Shown in pieces: positions 40,142 through 49,553 of a DNA stretch of 64,000 bases. This DNA is from Verrucomicrobiales bacterium (GTDB taxonomy: Bacteria > Verrucomicrobiota > Verrucomicrobiia > Verrucomicrobiales > DEV007), in contig JBMYJM010000010.1 of the NCBI GenBank assembly GCA_049594415.1, forward strand, positions 41,641 through 105,640, in the 5' to 3' direction. Each line of letters starts with the position of its first letter. Position 1 is the stretch's first letter. Made by a program: the position numbers and the translations under genes. Below the pieces are notes generated by a model that saw nothing but the letters and a program-made list of their open reading frames with translations, did no database searches and was not told where the DNA came from.

Positions 40142-41191
40142 ATGAGCTTTAATCGTCGCCGATTCATCACCACCACGACAGCAGCACTCTCAACGGGTGG
40201 CCTTCTATCCGCCTGCGGAGACAGCCCCTCAGGTTCAGAAGAAACCTCAGCTCCGGCATCTGTGGAGCCCCATTTCAAAATCTCGCTGGCTCAATGGTCT
40301 CTTCACGTTGCCCTCAAAGCCAAGGAACTCGACAACCTTGATTTCCCCAAATACACCAAGGACACCTTTGGCATTGATGCTGTCGAGTTTGTGAACTCTT
40401 TCTTAAGCGAGCCTCACGATACTCTCGGCATTCAGCCCAAGGGAGGGGCCAGTGGTGCTTACATGCAGGATCTTAAGAAACGCTGCGAAGATAACGGTGT
40501 GAACCCGATTCTCATCATGTGCGACCGCGTCGGCAGGCTGGGTGATCCTGATGCTGCCAAGCGCACCGCCGCCGTCGAAGGGCACTACGCCTGGCTCGAC
40601 GCTGCCAAGTTTCTCGGCTGTCACAGCATCCGCGTGAACGCCGCCTCCGACGGCAAAATCAACCCGGAGAAGCAGGCTGACCTTTGCGTCGATGGCCTCA
40701 AGCGACTTTCCGAACACGCCGCTCCCATGGGACTCAACGTGATCGTCGAGAATCACGGTGGACTTTCCTCCAACGGCAGCTGGCTCGCTAACGTGCTCAG
40801 CACGGTCGGCATGGAAAACTGCGGCTCCCTTCCCGACTACGGCAATTTCTACGTCGCCAAGAATCGCGGCAACGCGGAAAAATATGCCGCCGACAAGGCT
40901 CCCTATGAAGGTGATCCTGCCTACAGCGAAGACAGCGTTGGCCTCGGTTACGACCGCTACAAAGGAGTCGAGGAACTGATGCCCTTTGCCAAAGGCGTAT
41001 CCGCCAAGGCTCATGACTTCGACGAGAACGGCAACGAGATTCACACCGACTTCGAGCGCATGATGCAAATCGTCCGCGATGCCGGCTACAAAGGTTACAT
41101 CGGCATCGAATACGAAGGCAAAAAACTCGGTGAAGTCGAAGGCATCAAGGCGACAAAAGTGCTTCTTGATCGGGTCATCGCCGCGGTGTGA
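40142..41191 (+). CDS. Sugar-phosphate isomerase/epimerase family (xylose isomerase-like TIM barrel), Tat-type lipoprotein
   Basis: MSFNRRRFI...LLSACG; ISLAQWSLH; VENHGG; LPDYGNF; KGVSAKAHDF; GIEYEG. Confidence 0.88.
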   Translation: MSFNRRRFITTTTAALSTGGLLSACGDSPSGSEETSAPASVEPHFKISLAQWSLHVALKAKELDNLDFPKYTKDTFGIDAVEFVNSFLSEPHDTLGIQPKGGASGAYMQDLKKRCEDNGVNPILIMCDRVGRLGDPDAAKRTAAVEGHYAWLDAAKFLGCHSIRVNAASDGKINPEKQADLCVDGLKRLSEHAAPMGLNVIVENHGGLSSNGSWLANVLSTVGMENCGSLPDYGNFYVAKNRGNAEKYAADKAPYEGDPAYSEDSVGLGYDRYKGVEELMPFAKGVSAKAHDFDENGNEIHTDFERMMQIVRDAGYKGYIGIEYEGKKLGEVEGIKATKVLLDRVIAAV

Positions 41192-41206
41192 TTTGAACGA
41201 CCGCAT

Positions 41207-42469
41207 ATGGCGAGTCAATACACAACTCCGCGCCTCGGGCTGAATTTCCCAGCCCCGTCGCGGCTGGCAGACGAGCTCCGGCACCTTCCCGGGTTCGTTT
41301 ACCTCGACTCATCTTCATCCGGAGAGGACACCGACTCAGACGCCTATTCGCGCTTTTCTCTGATCACGGCCCTGCCGGAGGAAGTCATCACCGGTAATAT
41401 CTTCGACCAATCCGACCGCTGCGCCCTCGAGACGGCTTATCAGGAGAGCAGCTCCTCATCGGACTCAACACCGGACCTCGGATTCCCCGGTGCCGGTCTC
41501 TACGGCTATGTCACCTACGAAGGCGAATTCAACTTCGGTCTCTATCGCAACTGCCTGATCTACGAGCACCAGAATCATAACTGGATCGAGATTGGAGACC
41601 TCTCCAGCCATCGGCAAGCGCCTGCTCCATCCCCCGCGTTTCCCGGGATTGAGTTTGAAGGCGAAATCCAGCGTGAACAGTTCTGCAACATGGTGGCGAC
41701 AGCACAGGAATACATCGCTGCGGGAGACATCTACCAGGTCAACCTTTCCCACCGGTTCTCCGCTCACGTTGGTGGCCCCTTTGAAACGCTCGATCTCTAC
41801 CATCGCCTTCGCGAGCGCTCCCCCGCTCCCTATGCTGCCTTTCTCGATCTCGGCGAACGCGAGATCATTTCCTCGTCTCCCGAGCAGTTCCTCAGCCTGA
41901 GCGGGCGCACCATCCAGACGCGCCCCATCAAGGGTACCCGCCCCCGTTTCCGCGACCGCGAACAGGATGAAAAGTCCGCCTACGATCTCATCACCTCGAC
42001 CAAGGAGATCGCTGAACTGATCATGATCACCGACCTTGAGCGCAATGACCTGGGTCAGATCTGCGAGTTTGGAACCGTCACTGCGACCGAACTGCTCAAA
42101 CTTGAGCGATTCGCCCAGGTGTTCCACCTCGTCTCAACCGTGGAAGGCACCCTGCGTCCCGACCTCAGTCCCGTCGAGGCGCTGCACGCCTGCTTCCCGG
42201 GCGGCAGCATTACCGGAGCTCCCAAGAAGCGTTCCCGTGAAATCATCGAAGAACTCGAACCCTCTCCGCGCGGAGTCTATACCGGCGCTATCGGCTGCTT
42301 CGGATTCAACGGCGAGAGTCGTTTCAATATCGCCATCCGCACAGCGGTGAAGGAGGGAGATCAACTGCACTTCCACGTCGGCGCAGGTATCGTGGCCGAC
42401 TCCGTACCGGAGAGAGAGTGGGAGGAAACCCTGCACAAAGCGGCAGGAATTTTTCAGGCGACTCAGTAG
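41207..42469 (+). CDS. pabB: Aminodeoxychorismate synthase component I (anthranilate synthase-like)
   Basis: GDIYQVNL, SSSPEQFL, TRPIKGTRPR, MITDLERNDLG, FPGGSITGAPK, IAIRT, VGAGIVADS. Confidence 0.85.
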   Translation: MASQYTTPRLGLNFPAPSRLADELRHLPGFVYLDSSSSGEDTDSDAYSRFSLITALPEEVITGNIFDQSDRCALETAYQESSSSSDSTPDLGFPGAGLYGYVTYEGEFNFGLYRNCLIYEHQNHNWIEIGDLSSHRQAPAPSPAFPGIEFEGEIQREQFCNMVATAQEYIAAGDIYQVNLSHRFSAHVGGPFETLDLYHRLRERSPAPYAAFLDLGEREIISSSPEQFLSLSGRTIQTRPIKGTRPRFRDREQDEKSAYDLITSTKEIAELIMITDLERNDLGQICEFGTVTATELLKLERFAQVFHLVSTVEGTLRPDLSPVEALHACFPGGSITGAPKKRSREIIEELEPSPRGVYTGAIGCFGFNGESRFNIAIRTAVKEGDQLHFHVGAGIVADSVPEREWEETLHKAAGIFQATQ

Positions 42470-42482
42470 GCCTGACAATTCG

Positions 42483-43157
42483 TCACCCCACTATATCCGG
42501 CCGGTTTCGGCGAGTGCGCTCCTCAGCTTTTTCATGGCGCCATCCATCGATCGCTGCGTGATTCCCGGACAACAGCACCTTTGGAACCTCCATTCCCCGA
42601 AACTCCGGTGGCCGAGTGTAGTGAGGCGCTTCAATCCGGGTTCCATCACCGGCAAAGGACTCCTCCTGAGCGGACCTTTCATCCCCGAGAACACCGGGAA
42701 TCAGTCGAATGACCGCATCAGCCAACACTGCCGCCGCAATGGTTCCATTGGTCAGCACATAATCACCGATAGAGATCTCTTCATCCACGAGTGCTTCAAC
42801 GACGCGGTGATCCACGCCCTCGTAATGGCCGCAAAGAATAATCAGGTGGGACAGTCCGGCGAACCGCTCTGCTGTCGCCTGCCTGAATGGCTGCCCTTGG
42901 GGTGTCATTAGGAGCACCTTGGCCTCTTCAGTTTTCAACTCCTCAACGGCGGCAAAGAACGGCTCCGGTTTCATCACCATTCCGGGTCCACCGCCGTAGG
43001 GAATGTCATCGACCTTGTTGTGCTTGTCCGTGGTCCAGTCGCGAAGATTATGAAAGTTGATTTCAACAGCACCAGAGTCGACAGCGCGCCCCATGATACT
43101 GGAACGCAGTGGCACTTCAGCAATTTCCGGAAAGATGGTGACGATATCGATTTTCAT
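42483..43157 (-). CDS. trmD: tRNA (guanine-N1)-methyltransferase
   Basis: MKIDIVTIFPE, VDDIPYGGGPGMVM, CGHYEGVD.R, EISIGDYVL, PHYTRP, LLSGNH. Confidence 0.97.
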   Translation of the reverse strand: MKIDIVTIFPEIAEVPLRSSIMGRAVDSGAVEINFHNLRDWTTDKHNKVDDIPYGGGPGMVMKPEPFFAAVEELKTEEAKVLLMTPQGQPFRQATAERFAGLSHLIILCGHYEGVDHRVVEALVDEEISIGDYVLTNGTIAAAVLADAVIRLIPGVLGDERSAQEESFAGDGTRIEAPHYTRPPEFRGMEVPKVLLSGNHAAIDGWRHEKAEERTRRNRPDIVG

Positions 43158-43182
43158 CGAGCGAGGCGCTGCCACTCTAGGC

Positions 43183-44109
43183 CTATTTGCGAAATCTTGC
43201 CAGCGGAGACCACCCGTTCTCGGATTCTGTCGCCAGCAGCACCCTGGTCTCCTTGAAGTCACCGTAGCGTCCCTCCGATTCGATGCGAATCACCGTGCTG
43301 TCGAGGGAAATGAGATCCGCAATCTCCGCATATTCGTTTTCGGACAGGCCGAGCAAAGCCTGCACCTCGCCCATATCGGTGAACTGGTAGTCGTCAATCG
43401 TGCCACGAATACCGTCATCCCCGTTTCGAACCGCGACAAAGTTCAGCGCCGAATCCTGCGTCGTTCCGGTAACGGCCACGATGGCTTCCCATTCCGCCGC
43501 ATTGAGATCCAGCAAGCCGTCGCCGTGAATCGTGAAGTAGTCACGCCACATCGGCTGGAAACGGGCCACTTCGTCCATACCTTGCACGAACAGCATTTGC
43601 TCCAGTGAGGTAAAGGGCAGATTCGCCGGAAACTCGGGACGATCCAAGCTCGAGTAGAAGGCATTCTCAGCCCCGTTCGAGAGCACCTCATTGTCGTCGT
43701 CGATCCAGTCGGCCAACGACTCCGTCGCAATACTGGCTGTTGCAGCATCCATGCCCCAGAGAACAAACAACTCGACAAGAGCGACCCGCCATCGCTCATC
43801 AGTCAGACGGTTGACCAGAATCCGGCCACCCTCACTGGTAATCAACACGCGTATCTCCTGCTCGGGTCCGAATCCCTGCCGTAAGGCCACATCTCCAGGT
43901 TCAATGTCAGGGTGCATAGCGAGAGCGAAACCACTCTCCGCAAGCAACCCCGCCTTGTAGCGAACGCGGCCAAGATCGCTCTCTTCCCAACCTGGTTGGC
44001 ACGTCTCCCACAGCGTGCCAATGATCAACACCAGCGCCATGACGGTGACTAGGACCAGCAAAAGGGCCATGCCTCTCTCTCGGGAGCGCTGAACGAAGAA
44101 AAGTCTCAT
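43183..44109 (-). CDS. gspK: Type II secretion GspK-like minor pseudopilin
   Basis: RGMALLLVLV, SLADWIDDD, LEQMLFVQGM, LDLNAA. Confidence 0.8.
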   Translation of the reverse strand: MRLFFVQRSRERGMALLLVLVTVMALVLIIGTLWETCQPGWEESDLGRVRYKAGLLAESGFALAMHPDIEPGDVALRQGFGPEQEIRVLITSEGGRILVNRLTDERWRVALVELFVLWGMDAATASIATESLADWIDDDNEVLSNGAENAFYSSLDRPEFPANLPFTSLEQMLFVQGMDEVARFQPMWRDYFTIHGDGLLDLNAAEWEAIVAVTGTTQDSALNFVAVRNGDDGIRGTIDDYQFTDMGEVQALLGLSENEYAEIADLISLDSTVIRIESEGRYGDFKETRVLLATESENGWSPLARFRK

Positions 44110-45101
44110 TGACCGCCCCCTCCGGTTCCACCGCCGCCACCTTGACCACTGCCACCACCGGGTCCGCGCCCTCCGGGACCACCCGGACCACCCGGACCAC
44201 CCGGACCACCGGGTCCGCGCCCTCCGGGGCCACCCGGGCCACCCGGGCCACCTGGACCTCCAACTTCGGGACCACGACCACCGGGCCCGCGCACTCCACC
44301 GGGCCTTCCGGCTCCGGGCCCACCGGGTCGAGCAATACCACCACCACCCGAAGACGAAGTCGTCGAAGTCTGTGTCGAGGAATTACTTCCCGAAGTCGTT
44401 TGGGTTTCTTCTTCCGGGTTCACGAGACGGTTCGGCACTTCGAAAACAAAACGCTGAGGATTGGAGCCAGGCGCATCAATCAGGGCAAACTCGAGCAAAG
44501 GAGGCAAGACCTCGTCATCCGTCCACTCATCAATCCACTCCTCCTGATCTTCATCCCAGTAACGCCACGTCGCTGCTGAAATCCCGGAAAGAAGTGGCAA
44601 CCAGTAGCGCCCCTGCTCATCAGCAACCAGATCCTCGCTACCGCCGGAACGAATCGCCATGCCACTGCCGTCAGTATCTTCGGGAAAGAAATCATTCCGG
44701 CTCAAAGCCAACTCGTAGGTAGGCACCCCTTCGAAACTGTTCTCCGGCCGCATCGCGATGTAGGCTTCCTCTGCGCTGCCAATCATTTCGCCGAAAACAA
44801 AAGCCGTCGGAGTGTTTTCAAGAAGCATCTCGTGATTACCCGACTCCGAAGACTCTGCCGGGTTCATGGTGATGGTGGCGTCGGGCGGCAAACCTTCAAT
44901 CGATTCACGAAGTAGCATGACAAAGCGGTTCACTTCCTCATCTCTCCGGTCCAGGTAACGAAGCTCCGCTGCGGTATCTCCGGCCTGCCATAGAACCGAA
45001 AGCACTGCGGTTGCGATCATGCTCAGAATCGCCATGGCAACAACAATCTCAAACAGCGAAAACGCTGCTCTCGAAGTATTGCTTCTAACTGTTATCCTCA
45101 T
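44106..45101 (-). CDS. GspJ-like minor pseudopilin with a Gly/Pro-rich C-terminal tail
   Basis: RAAFSLFEIVVAMAIL; W.DEW...LP..LE motif; position between the I- and K-like genes with ATGA coupling. Confidence 0.7.
   Translation of the reverse strand: MRITVRSNTSRAAFSLFEIVVAMAILSMIATAVLSVLWQAGDTAAELRYLDRRDEEVNRFVMLLRESIEGLPPDATITMNPAESSESGNHEMLLENTPTAFVFGEMIGSAEEAYIAMRPENSFEGVPTYELALSRNDFFPEDTDGSGMAIRSGGSEDLVADEQGRYWLPLLSGISAATWRYWDEDQEEWIDEWTDDEVLPPLLEFALIDAPGSNPQRFVFEVPNRLVNPEEETQTTSGSNSSTQTSTTSSSGGGGIARPGGPGAGRPGGVRGPGGRGPEVGGPGGPGGPGGPGGRGPGGPGGPGGPGGPGGRGPGGGSGQGGGGGTGGGGQ
44154..44255 (-). repeat. Two tandem 51-bp units containing 9-bp subrepeats, encoding GGP/GGRGP
   Basis: ACCACCGGGTCCGCGCCCTCCGGG at 44154 and 44205, each followed by (CCACCCGGA/G)n. 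Confidence 0.9.
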
Positions 45102-45493
45102 CGTCGTTCCGGCTGGTAAATAATGATCTTGGCGGTTTCGGTCTGTGGCTCACCGCTCTCCATGAACATCGCCTCGGCGGTGAGCATGTAGAGATCGCTC
45201 AGGGCATTGCCCTCGCCGTTGTCCACTTCCATCTCCTCGACGTAAGTCCGATAGGTAATGTCGGTCACTTCATCGAAGCGCTCGCTGTTCATGCTGCTCA
45301 CCGGCATCACCTTGGTTTCAGCGAGCAACGAAGTGAGCTGATGCTGGATCATACGATCGCGCGCCAATTCAGCGGAGGTCTCGTTGATGCTCTGGAGAAC
45401 GCTAACCAGGCCAGTGACAGTGAGGGCGAACAAAGCCACGGCCAGCACAACGTCCAGCAAAGCGTAACCACGACTGTTTCCATTCACGATCAT
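45098..45493 (-). CDS. GspI-like minor pseudopilin
   Basis: RGYALLDVVLAVALFA; ATG 45493 overlaps the upstream TGA. Confidence 0.7.
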   Translation of the reverse strand: MIVNGNSRGYALLDVVLAVALFALTVTGLVSVLQSINETSAELARDRMIQHQLTSLLAETKVMPVSSMNSERFDEVTDITYRTYVEEMEVDNGEGNALSDLYMLTAEAMFMESGEPQTETAKIIIYQPERR

Positions 45494-46161
45494 TCCACCC
45501 ACGAACGCTCCCGCTTCACATCCGCCGTCAGCGGATGAAATTCGATTTCAAAGAAGGCGCCCTCCGATTGCACCTGAATCTTAAGCGGTTCGCACATTCC
45601 CGATGGCTGAAACACCCAGCGTCGAAATTCTCCACCGTTCATATCGATCCAGTCCGTGTCGTCCCAGAAGCGGAGCTTGTAGTCGACCCCGTTCTCGAGG
45701 TCATACTCTTTCAGAAACCGAATCCCCTCCTCGACCTGCTCCCGTTGCAGATCCACTTCCTGCGGCCCGGACATGTCGATACCGCGCGCTTGAGACGCCT
45801 CGATAATCGCATCCCTCTGGTCGAGTTGATCGAGCTTCATCTTCAGTTCATCGAATTCCTCGCGACCGCCGTAAGGGTGGTAAAATCTCGAGGCTTTGAA
45901 GCCTTCATTGTCGAAAAGAACCTGGTAGGGACGCTGCTCAGACATGGCGCGCAACCGAACTTCGCGAGCCATTGAATAGAGCTGATTGACCGGCTCACGC
46001 GCAACGCGGGCACGCTGTGCGCTGTCGATGGCAGGTACAGCGATTCCGGTAAGAATCGACAGCACTGAAATCGCGATAATGAGCTCGACCAGCGTCATGC
46101 CGCGAGCCCCGTTCGCCGGTCGAGTCTGTTGACGGGAAATCGCCTTACCAATTCCCGACAT
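45490..46161 (-). CDS. GspH-like pseudopilin
   Basis: RGMTLVELIIAISVLSIL..IAVPA; C-terminal FQPSGMCEP. Confidence 0.75.
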   Translation of the reverse strand: MSGIGKAISRQQTRPANGARGMTLVELIIAISVLSILTGIAVPAIDSAQRARVAREPVNQLYSMAREVRLRAMSEQRPYQVLFDNEGFKASRFYHPYGGREEFDELKMKLDQLDQRDAIIEASQARGIDMSGPQEVDLQREQVEEGIRFLKEYDLENGVDYKLRFWDDTDWIDMNGGEFRRWVFQPSGMCEPLKIQVQSEGAFFEIEFHPLTADVKRERSWVE

Positions 46162-46576
46162 CGTCGTCGCTTTCCACGCCGTCTTCGCCGAGGGAAAAGA
46201 TGTCATACTTCTTGGAACTCTGCTGTGCGGGGAAACGGTATTGATAGGGAATTCCCCAGGGATCGAGCATTTCCTCTTCGAGATACTGCCTCCACCGCTC
46301 AGGCTGAGGATCGCCTGAGGGACGCTCTGCCAAGGCCATGAGCCCCTGCTCCTGAGTTGGGGGCTTGAAGTAATTGTTCCGCTCGTAGGCCTTCAGCGCA
46401 ATATCGAGCGCTTTGAGGTCAGAATCAATCCGCTGATACTTGGCATCGTCAATGAAACCCACCACCAGGTAGATTCCGGAACCGGCGAGGACCGCAATAA
46501 TCGTGATCACAATCACCAGCTCCACGAGGGTAAAACCTGATGCTCTTCTTTTACGTTTGTCAGGACTCAGTCTCAT
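46145..46576 (-). CDS. gspG: Type II secretion major pseudopilin
   Basis: GFTLVELVIV, PTQEQGL.AL, LDPWG.PYQY, DIFSLG.DG....DD.GNW. Confidence 0.92.
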   Translation of the reverse strand: MRLSPDKRKRRASGFTLVELVIVITIIAVLAGSGIYLVVGFIDDAKYQRIDSDLKALDIALKAYERNNYFKPPTQEQGLMALAERPSGDPQPERWRQYLEEEMLDPWGIPYQYRFPAQQSSKKYDIFSLGEDGVESDDDVGNW

Positions 46577-46599
46577 ACAGTTTTCTTTGGGATAAATTT

Positions 46600-47847
46600 T
46601 TAACGACCGCGAATTCCGGCCATCGATCCGAAGATCGTATTAATCATGCAATAGGCGACCACTCCAACGATCATCGCAACAAAAACAAGCATGACCGTCG
46701 GGACCAGTGTCGTCAATCGCGAGATACGAACGTCAAGGTCTTCGTCATACTTGGCCGCAGCCTTGGAGAATGCTTTACCCAGCTCACCCGTTTGCTCACC
46801 GATTGCCACGCGATCTACGAGAGCTTCGGGAAAGGCTTCGGTGGTTTCCATCGCTTTCGCCAGGCTGGTTCCTTCTCCAACATCCAACACCACGTTCTCG
46901 AGGTGGTTGCGGATATAGAGGTTCGGAGTTCCACGGGTAATCAGCTTCAAGCTGTTGAGAAGAGGAACTCCATTGTTCACCAAATTCGAAAGCGTGTGGC
47001 AGAACTGGGCGTAGAAGCGCCCAAGAATCACCGGCCCGAACGCCGGCATTCGCATCTTGTAGCCATCCCACCAGGCGTGCCCCTTTTCCGTTCCGATGTA
47101 GACCCGAAATGAGGTGGCTGAAATCACGATGATTCCGAGAATCACCCACCACCACTTCGACATGAAATCGGTGAACATGATGAGCAGTTCGGTGATCATG
47201 GGAAGGTCCTGACCCGTTTTCTCCATCATGTCGCTGAGCGAAGGCATCAGGACCGTGGAAAAGACAAAAAGCAGGATCACGCAGGCCAGCAACACAGTCA
47301 GCGGATAAATCATCGCCCCGGCCGTGCGGCGCTGCAGGTTAAAGAGCTGTTTCAAGTTCACCACGAGACGTCGCAGGATCTCCGGCAGCGATCCGCTCGC
47401 CTCACCCGCGGCCACGAGACTGCGATAGAGCTCATCAAAAGAGGGAGAGGATTTTGCAAGCGCTTTGGAAAACCTGGCCCCTTCGCGAATCTCGTCCCGG
47501 AGAACGCCCGCCACCGCTCGAATGGAGGCGTTGGTCTGGCGTTCGTGCAGAATCTTGAGGGCTCGCTCCAGCTGCATCCCGGCGTCGAGCAGATCGGCCA
47601 ATTCTTCGGTAAAGAGCACCAGTTCCGGGCGCTTCAGCTTGGTAGGCCCATGTTTCTCCTCACTGCCGCCGATGGCGAAGCTTCGCTTTTTCTTTTCTGC
47701 CTTTCCGGCGGCCTCGGCATTGACTCGAATCGGAGTGAGCGTCTTTGACTCCAGCTCGCGATACACATCCGACTTATTGCGCACGACGATGCTGCCGGAA
47801 ACCTGCTTTCCGGCGGTGTCGATGGCAGTGTAGGAAAAGGACGGCAT
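46600..47847 (-). CDS. gspF: Type II secretion / type IV pilus platform protein
   Basis: FSYTAID..G, FTEELA.LL.AG..LE.AL, GEASG.L, GEQTGEL; 3-TM layout. Confidence 0.9.
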   Translation of the reverse strand: MPSFSYTAIDTAGKQVSGSIVVRNKSDVYRELESKTLTPIRVNAEAAGKAEKKKRSFAIGGSEEKHGPTKLKRPELVLFTEELADLLDAGMQLERALKILHERQTNASIRAVAGVLRDEIREGARFSKALAKSSPSFDELYRSLVAAGEASGSLPEILRRLVVNLKQLFNLQRRTAGAMIYPLTVLLACVILLFVFSTVLMPSLSDMMEKTGQDLPMITELLIMFTDFMSKWWWVILGIIVISATSFRVYIGTEKGHAWWDGYKMRMPAFGPVILGRFYAQFCHTLSNLVNNGVPLLNSLKLITRGTPNLYIRNHLENVVLDVGEGTSLAKAMETTEAFPEALVDRVAIGEQTGELGKAFSKAAAKYDEDLDVRISRLTTLVPTVMLVFVAMIVGVVAYCMINTIFGSMAGIRGR

Positions 47848-47972
47848 CGATGGAATCAAACCTCAAACACCGCGAAATGTCAGCCGTTTCCTGTCTTTTT
47901 CACCGAAAATGCGGTCCCGAAAAGCGCCACATTTCGAAGGTGGAAAGCGTATTCACAAAAGCCTGAGCACCA

Positions 47973-49436
47973 CTAGGTCCCGCAGAATGTTGCCTGAACC
48001 ACTTCAGAGGGTTCCGGAGCCAGCTCGTATTCGACAGATTCCGGCTGTTCCGAGAACGGATTCTGCAGCACGGCATTGAGGCGCCGAAAGGGCTCATAAT
48101 CGCCTTCGTAGCCGGCAGCAATGACTTCCTCCACCCGGTGGTTCCGGGGAATAAAGACCGGATTGGTCCGCCTCATCAAAGCGACTGCATTGGCTCTCTC
48201 ATCTTCAGGAATTCGCTCTCGCCAGCTCTTCATCCAGGAACGAATGGCTTCAGAAGCGGAAAAGAGCCTCTCCACCAATTCATCGTCACCACTCTCCAGC
48301 GCACCGCTGAGATGTCGGAAGACGAGCGTGAAATCAGCTCGACCGGCTGCCATCGCCGACAGCAACTGTTGAACCAGTTCCCAGTCGTTTTCGGAATTGC
48401 TTTCAATTCCTATCTTCTCCGAATACCTAGCCCTGAGCGCTTCGCCGTGAATTTCGGGATATCGATCGAGGGCGCCCTCCGCCAATTCGATGGCCTTCTC
48501 CTGGTCATCATCAATCAGCGGGATCAAAGTCTCCGCGAGACGGACCAGGTTCCAGTGCCCGATTGGTCCCTGCTGGGCGTACGCGTAGCGTCCGTTCTGG
48601 TCGATCGAACTGAACACTTTTGTAGGGTGATAGACATCCATGAAAGCGCAGGGACCATAGTCGATCGTTTCACCTGAGATACTCATATTGTCAGTGTTCA
48701 TGACGCCATGAATGAATCCCAGCTGCATCCAATGAGCGATGAGCTTGGCCTGCTTTTCAATCACGCCTTCAAGCAGAGCGAGATATGGATTGTCTGCCTC
48801 CCCGGCCTCAGGATAGTGGCGGCCAATCGCGTAGTTCGCCAGGACCCTGACATTTCTCCAGTCTTCCCGGGCGGCAAAAAATTGAAAGGTTCCAATTCGG
48901 ATATGGGACTGGGCCACACGTGTAAAGACTCCTCCCGGGAGCATGCTTTCTCTCGCGACCTTGTCTCCCGTAGCGACCGCAGCAAGCGCCCGGGTCGTCG
49001 GCACGCCCAGCGCAGCCATCGCTTCCGAAAGAACATACTCGCGGATGACAGGCCCCAGCGCAGAAAGTCCGTCACCCCGCCGCGAGAACGGGGTCGGGCC
49101 GGAACCTTTCAGTTGGATGTCACGGCGGACTCCGTCCTGACCAATCACTTCTCCAAGCAACAGAGCCCGCCCGTCACCCAGCTGCGGTGAGAACCCGCCG
49201 AACTGGTGACCGGCATAAGCCAATGCGATCGGGTCTGCCCCATCCGGAATCCGGTTACCCGAGAAATACTCCAGCCCTTCCGGGGAATCGAGGCCATCCA
49301 CGTCCAACCCCAGCTTGCCAGCCAGATCCCGATTGAACTGAATCATGACAGGAGCGCTGGCCGTGCTCGGATCCACCCACTGATAAAAACGGTCCGGCAG
49401 TTTCGCGTAGGTGTTGTCGAAGGGAATGAGGGTCAT
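47973..49436 (-). CDS. selO: Protein adenylyltransferase SelO (YdiU)
   Basis: AYAGHQFGGFSPQLGDGRA, QLKGSG.TPFSRRGDG, GFIHGVMNTDN, IDYGP, TFCGT. Confidence 0.96.
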   Translation of the reverse strand: MTLIPFDNTYAKLPDRFYQWVDPSTASAPVMIQFNRDLAGKLGLDVDGLDSPEGLEYFSGNRIPDGADPIALAYAGHQFGGFSPQLGDGRALLLGEVIGQDGVRRDIQLKGSGPTPFSRRGDGLSALGPVIREYVLSEAMAALGVPTTRALAAVATGDKVARESMLPGGVFTRVAQSHIRIGTFQFFAAREDWRNVRVLANYAIGRHYPEAGEADNPYLALLEGVIEKQAKLIAHWMQLGFIHGVMNTDNMSISGETIDYGPCAFMDVYHPTKVFSSIDQNGRYAYAQQGPIGHWNLVRLAETLIPLIDDDQEKAIELAEGALDRYPEIHGEALRARYSEKIGIESNSENDWELVQQLLSAMAAGRADFTLVFRHLSGALESGDDELVERLFSASEAIRSWMKSWRERIPEDERANAVALMRRTNPVFIPRNHRVEEVIAAGYEGDYEPFRRLNAVLQNPFSEQPESVEYELAPEPSEVVQATFCGT

Positions 49437-49553
49437 TGGAATCGGGCTTTAATCGGGAACAAAATTCAGATCCGACGTCATCGTTGAATAGGCCCCGGGG
49501 AAACTCCCCAGTTCACTCGTCCGGAAATGCCCCCAGATCAATCCAACACTTTT

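Noticed and set aside
43907-44579. Alternative-frame repeat ORFs (VVRVVR..., TTRTTR...) and a possible CRISPR or mobile repeat
   Set aside because: They are by-products of the GGP-coding tandem repeat, with no spacers, cas genes or transposase.
47873-47936. Inverted repeat CGAAATGT...ACATTTCG upstream of gspF
   Set aside because: The arms are only 8 bp and are 48 nt apart. That is too weak without conservation data.
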